Positions 60,000 through 63,811 of a stretch of 63,811 nucleotides of DNA are shown here, piece after piece. The translations under genes were made by a program, and so were the position numbers. The stretch comes from a virus (Duplodnaviria > Caudoviricetes): IMG/VR virus record IMGVR_UViG_3300045135_000802, positions 1 through 63,811 of that record. One strand, given 5' to 3'. The notes below the pieces were generated by a model. The model did no database searches. It was not told where the DNA came from and saw only the letters and a program-made list of their open reading frames with translations. Every line of letters starts with the position of its first letter. The stretch's first letter is position 1.

Positions 60000-61115
60000 A
60001 TGCCGATAAGTTTATTAGATATACCATACATTGCTAACTCTAGATTCTACAGCTCGAATACACAAAATACTTCGGCTGTAGAACTAGCTCGCATATCCGC
60101 TCTACAGAACCTCACGTTAAACGTAAACTCTGGTCTAGTATATTCTAGTAATACCGACTTTCCAACCGCTGGTACTCATAACGCTGGACAGATAGCATAC
60201 TCTCAATCTGCTAATGCTTATCTTTACTCTACGGGTTCTTCGTGGGAAGCTGTTAATTTTGGATGGCAAATCCCTTGGACATTTCAAGGAAGCAACTACG
60301 GTTACACTTCTGGCGGGTATCCATCAACAAACATCATTGATAAGTTCTCATTCTCCGCTGACGGTAACGCAACTGATGTAGGCGATCTAACAGTTGCTAG
60401 ATTTAACGCAGCAGGGCAATCGTCAGCTGACTATGGTTACAGTTCTGGCGGTAGCCCGACTACGAACATCATTAATAAGTTCTCATTCTCAGCTGATGGT
60501 AATGCGACTGACGTAGGTGATCTAACGCTTGCTAGGTATAGACCAACAGGTCAATCGTCTTCTGAATATGGTTACACTTCTGGTGGTAGTCCAACTACGA
60601 ACATAATCGACAAGTTTCCATTCTCAACTGACGGTAATGCGTCTGATGTAGGTGATCTAACAGTTGCTAGAGTTGGTCCAGCAGGGCAATCGTCTACCGA
60701 CTATGGATACACTTCTGGCGGGTATCCAACAACAAACATCATCGACAAGTTCCCATTTGCGGCTGACGGTAACGCAACTGATGTCGGCGACCTAACAGTT
60801 TCTAGATATAACGTAACAGGACAATCATCTTCTGAATATGGGTATACTTCTGGCGGCTATACTGGATCAAACTCAAACATCATCGACAAGTTCCCGTTCG
60901 CAACTGACGCTAATGCTACTGACGTTGGTGATCTAACGGTTGCTAGGAGGTTATTAGCAGGTCAATCTTCTTCAGAATACGGTTACACTTCTGGCGGTTA
61001 TATTACAGGATCCACAAACATCATCGACAAGTTCTCATTCTCAGCTGATGGCAACGCAACTGATGTTGGTGATCTAACGGCTTCTAGATCAGGCGGTGCT
61101 GGGCAGCAGTACTAA
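60000..61115 (+). CDS. Kelch-like propeller protein 9
   Basis: GLVYSSNTDFPT N-domain plus six highly regular repeats, ends QQY. Confidence 0.85.
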   Translation: MPISLLDIPYIANSRFYSSNTQNTSAVELARISALQNLTLNVNSGLVYSSNTDFPTAGTHNAGQIAYSQSANAYLYSTGSSWEAVNFGWQIPWTFQGSNYGYTSGGYPSTNIIDKFSFSADGNATDVGDLTVARFNAAGQSSADYGYSSGGSPTTNIINKFSFSADGNATDVGDLTLARYRPTGQSSSEYGYTSGGSPTTNIIDKFPFSTDGNASDVGDLTVARVGPAGQSSTDYGYTSGGYPTTNIIDKFPFAADGNATDVGDLTVSRYNVTGQSSSEYGYTSGGYTGSNSNIIDKFPFATDANATDVGDLTVARRLLAGQSSSEYGYTSGGYITGSTNIIDKFSFSADGNATDVGDLTASRSGGAGQQY

Positions 61116-61140
61116 ATAAAGTACGTAAAGGAAAAGAGTT

Positions 61141-61407
61141 ATGTCTGACGCTACTGTATTATTAGATGCTATACAACAAAAGATTGGGGAAGTGAGTTCT
61201 TCTACCGATACAGCAACGTTACATCTATTAGTAAGGGTAGCAACAATAGTTTGTCAAGGAACTACAATACAATTATATAATAACTCTACTGAGTTTCCAA
61301 GCACTATTTCAACAAATAAGTTAATTATTTTCAATAAAGATGATAAGAAACTTTACTTTAATTTCGGAGCTGACGGTTGGGTAGCAACTAACGCTACCGC
61401 ACCTTAA
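61141..61407 (+). CDS. Stand-alone N-terminal module of the propeller family
   Basis: 88 aa; helix pair then YNNSTEFPS...KLIIFNKDDKKLYFN..DGW, parallel to N-domains of proteins 4/5, no repeats. Confidence 0.7.
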   Translation: MSDATVLLDAIQQKIGEVSSSTDTATLHLLVRVATIVCQGTTIQLYNNSTEFPSTISTNKLIIFNKDDKKLYFNFGADGWVATNATAP

Positions 61408-61414
61408 TAATATT

Positions 61415-62554
61415 ATGCCCACACCTCAAGAACTCGCAACTCAATTATTGAACGCTGCTAACAATGTAGCGATTATGGAAGCATGTTCTGATATTATTCA
61501 GTTCTATGCGATTGAGCGAAACTCTCCGACTACAGATACAACGTATTCTACGATCGGCAACCTTCCTACAGCTAACTCAAGCAATGAGGGGTTCGTAGCT
61601 TACGTTACAGGAGCAGCCTCGCTATTTGTTTCTACAGGAACCGATTGGTATGATATAAATGAAGTTCCTACAGAACCGATACCATTTCAAGGATCTACTT
61701 CAGGGTTTGCTACAGCGCATACCTATATTCAAGAATTCTCTTTTGCTTCTGACGGTAACGCTACTGACGTCGGAAACTTATCTTCAAGTCGAACTCAGGG
61801 TTCTGGGCAATCATCAGCCGACTACGGATACACCTCAGGCAGCTGGACTCCAGGAAACATCATAGATAAGTTCCCGTTTGTATCTGGAGGAACTGCAACT
61901 GACGTAGGCGACCTATCAGTATCTACAGCCTATGGCGCTGGACAATCTTCTATTACAAACGGTTATGGGTATTCTTCAGGCGGCAATTTGAATCCTGGAT
62001 ATAGTAGTGTAATCGATAAGTTCCCGTTTGCTGCCGATACAAATGCTTATGATAGTGGAGATTTGACAGCGGCAAGGTACGGGGGAATAGGGCAATCGTC
62101 TACCGAATACGGCTACACTTCTGGCGGATTTGGAACTCCTGTACACAATGTAATTGATAAGTTTCCGTTCTCAGCTGACGCTAATGCGACCGATGTTGGA
62201 GATTTGCTAGAGTACGCATATTGGGGTGCTGGCCAATCATCTACCGAGTATGGATACTCTTCTGGGGGAACTCCGCCATCATACAATTTTTATGTTACAA
62301 ATAGAATACAGAAATTCCCGTTTGCTTCAGATACAAATGCGGCACACGTAGGATATCTAACTCAAAGTAGAAGGCTTTCTGCGGGTCAATCGTCTACCGA
62401 TTATGGATACACTGCTGGCGGGCTCGGTTACGTAAATTATAGCCCAGTATATCTTAATATAATAGATAAATTCCCTTTCTCTTCTGATGCTTGGGCTTCT
62501 GATGTTGGGGATCTTGCGGCTGTTCAAATAGGTCTGGTTGGTCAACAGTACTAA
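61415..62554 (+). CDS. Kelch-like propeller protein 10
   Basis: YSTIGNLPTANSSNEG..AYV N-domain plus six repeats (first degenerate), ends QQY. Confidence 0.85.
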   Translation: MPTPQELATQLLNAANNVAIMEACSDIIQFYAIERNSPTTDTTYSTIGNLPTANSSNEGFVAYVTGAASLFVSTGTDWYDINEVPTEPIPFQGSTSGFATAHTYIQEFSFASDGNATDVGNLSSSRTQGSGQSSADYGYTSGSWTPGNIIDKFPFVSGGTATDVGDLSVSTAYGAGQSSITNGYGYSSGGNLNPGYSSVIDKFPFAADTNAYDSGDLTAARYGGIGQSSTEYGYTSGGFGTPVHNVIDKFPFSADANATDVGDLLEYAYWGAGQSSTEYGYSSGGTPPSYNFYVTNRIQKFPFASDTNAAHVGYLTQSRRLSAGQSSTDYGYTAGGLGYVNYSPVYLNIIDKFPFSSDAWASDVGDLAAVQIGLVGQQY

Positions 62555-62587
62555 ATAAAGGTACAAAATATATTATGGAGTTATATT

Positions 62588-63418
62588 ATGAAACAGATAC
62601 ACTTCTGTAGCGGACTTCCTCGCTCAGGTTCTACCGTTCTTATGAACATCCTACAACAGAACCCTGAGCTATTCACTACAGCTACCGATCCTCTTCCCTT
62701 TATCCTTCATAAGAAGGTTCTTGTTCGCTCACGCTATAATGAACAAGTACAAGCCATGGATCAATATCAAGCTGATGCGGCTTACACAGGGCTTATTAGA
62801 GGAGCGGCTCAAGGTTGGTACGAAGGTCTAACAACTAAACCAAACGTTATATCTAAAGCACGCAACTGGGGCGACCTTCATCATCTATTCCCTGAGTCTA
62901 AGACTCTAGTTATCGTTCGTGATCTTAGAGATATTGTAGAGAGCTTTGATCGAGTTAATAGTAAGCTTGGCGCTATGAGTACATTAGGCGACGGAGACGT
63001 TCTTTATAACTCTATGCCTGTTGAGCAGAAATACTCTTATCATTTCCATTTCGATAACGCTCTAAAAGAAGCTCTCGAAAGAGAAGTTAAAAAATATATG
63101 TTGCTTTTTAAGCAAGATCGTAGTAAAATAAAATTTATACGTTACGAAGATCTCCTAAAAGACCCAGTTCAATCTCTAGATAATATCTATGACTTCCTTG
63201 GAATGGATCGCTTTGAACATGATCTAAATAATATACAACAGTCAGAAATGAAAGAGCATGATAATGCTTACTTTGCTGAAAAGACTGATCACAAAACAAA
63301 ACCTCAGTTAATGGGCTGGAAAGAACCTACTAGGATTCTTGGTGATGAGTTTCATGCGAACGTAGTTAGAGAACATGCTTGGTTTTATGAAGCTTTTTAT
63401 CCGGAGGTATTAAAGTGA
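62588..63418 (+). CDS. PAPS-dependent sulfotransferase family protein
   Basis: SGLPRSGSTVL (5'-PSB loop), IVRDLRDIVES (3'-PB), IRYEDLLKDP...IYDFLG. Confidence 0.9.
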   Translation: MKQIHFCSGLPRSGSTVLMNILQQNPELFTTATDPLPFILHKKVLVRSRYNEQVQAMDQYQADAAYTGLIRGAAQGWYEGLTTKPNVISKARNWGDLHHLFPESKTLVIVRDLRDIVESFDRVNSKLGAMSTLGDGDVLYNSMPVEQKYSYHFHFDNALKEALEREVKKYMLLFKQDRSKIKFIRYEDLLKDPVQSLDNIYDFLGMDRFEHDLNNIQQSEMKEHDNAYFAEKTDHKTKPQLMGWKEPTRILGDEFHANVVREHAWFYEAFYPEVLK

Positions 63419-63811
63419 ATCCTATAGCACAACAATTTGAAGATAAACGTTATGTATACCTACAAAACGTTTTGAGTAAAGAAGAGTGTGGCGCTATTAC
63501 AGCCCACCTTTTCAAACTGTACGAAAATGGAACATTAACTAAAGATGAGCAGTGTCCTTTATCTGATAGTATCTATGATGATGTTATTCTTAATAGTGTA
63601 CTACAGCGACTAGAAAAACCTCTATCAGATGCGCTTGGCGTAAATCTAAAATCAGCTTACTGCTATGCTCGTATCTACCGTCCGGGAGAAGTTCTAGAAT
63701 GGCATTGGGATCGCCCTGCTTGTGAGATCTCAGGTACGATGACCCTAGGATTTGATCCGGAGTCTCGTGTTTGGCCAATCTTTATGGGTCAACATAAAGA
63801 AGATAGAGTAG
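63415..63811 (+). CDS. 2OG-Fe(II) oxygenase-like protein, 5' part (runs off the window; not in ORF track)
   Basis: GTG overlapping upstream TGA; open frame MNPIAQQFEDKRYVYLQNVLSKEEC...YCYARIYRPGEVLEWHWDRPACEISGTMTLG...WPIFM with HxD motif. Confidence 0.85.
   Translation, partial: MNPIAQQFEDKRYVYLQNVLSKEECGAITAHLFKLYENGTLTKDEQCPLSDSIYDDVILNSVLQRLEKPLSDALGVNLKSAYCYARIYRPGEVLEWHWDRPACEISGTMTLGFDPESRVWPIFMGQHKEDRV

Larger units (their letters stand above)
46790..62554 (+). repeat. Dispersed/tandem coding repeat family, approx. 45-50 aa unit, about 60 copies in 10 genes
   Basis: Recurring gacaagttcccgtt, gatgttggtgatctaacggttgctag, ggtcaatcatct, tacacttctggcgg blocks; interrupted 48913-53053. 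Confidence 0.9.

Noticed and set aside
46207-62554. Diversity-generating retroelement behind the hypervariable loops
   Set aside because: No reverse transcriptase or non-coding template repeat in the window; variation includes indels and is not visibly adenine-specific. Cannot exclude an element elsewhere in the genome.
53091-62554. CRISPR array (conserved blocks alternating with variable spacers)
   Set aside because: Repeats are in frame, degenerate at third codon positions and lie inside intact ORFs; no cas genes.
63590-63778. Minus-strand 62-aa ORF
   Set aside because: Shadow of the plus-strand 2OG-Fe(II) oxygenase frame.
1-63811. tRNAs, introns, inteins, homing endonucleases
   Set aside because: Intergenic gaps are short and show no cloverleaf; no split genes or HNH/GIY-YIG/LAGLIDADG motifs recognised.

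Overview
The window is part of a T4-like myovirus genome (organisation resembles marine T4-like phages; host not determinable). It starts in the 3' end of gene 32, has a short minus-strand block (head completion gp4, end protector gp2, gp54-like tube protein, gp26/gp51-like pair, probable tape measure) and then a long plus-strand late region: baseplate (gp48, gp53, hub, gp5, PAAR, gp25, gp6, gp7, gp8), a large VrlC/DUF4815-like protein, many repeat-rich fibre proteins, a Thr/Trp-rich repeat protein followed by a glycosyltransferase/methyltransferase cassette, ten paralogous six-repeat Kelch-like proteins, a sulfotransferase and a truncated 2OG-Fe(II) oxygenase. T4 late promoters (TATAAATA) and two intrinsic terminators are visible. 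Most notable: (1) a 10-gene, about 60-blade propeller repertoire with constant framework and hypervariable loops; (2) a candidate virion-surface modification system (GT29-, GT8-, KpsS-like transferases, methyltransferases, sulfotransferase, hydroxylase) together with a pervasive (A/S)-N-(T/S/N) motif in exposed structural proteins; (3) a probable -1 frameshift fusing gp26 and gp51 upstream of the tape measure, lambda G/GT style. All family assignments are from motif recognition by eye, not database searches.
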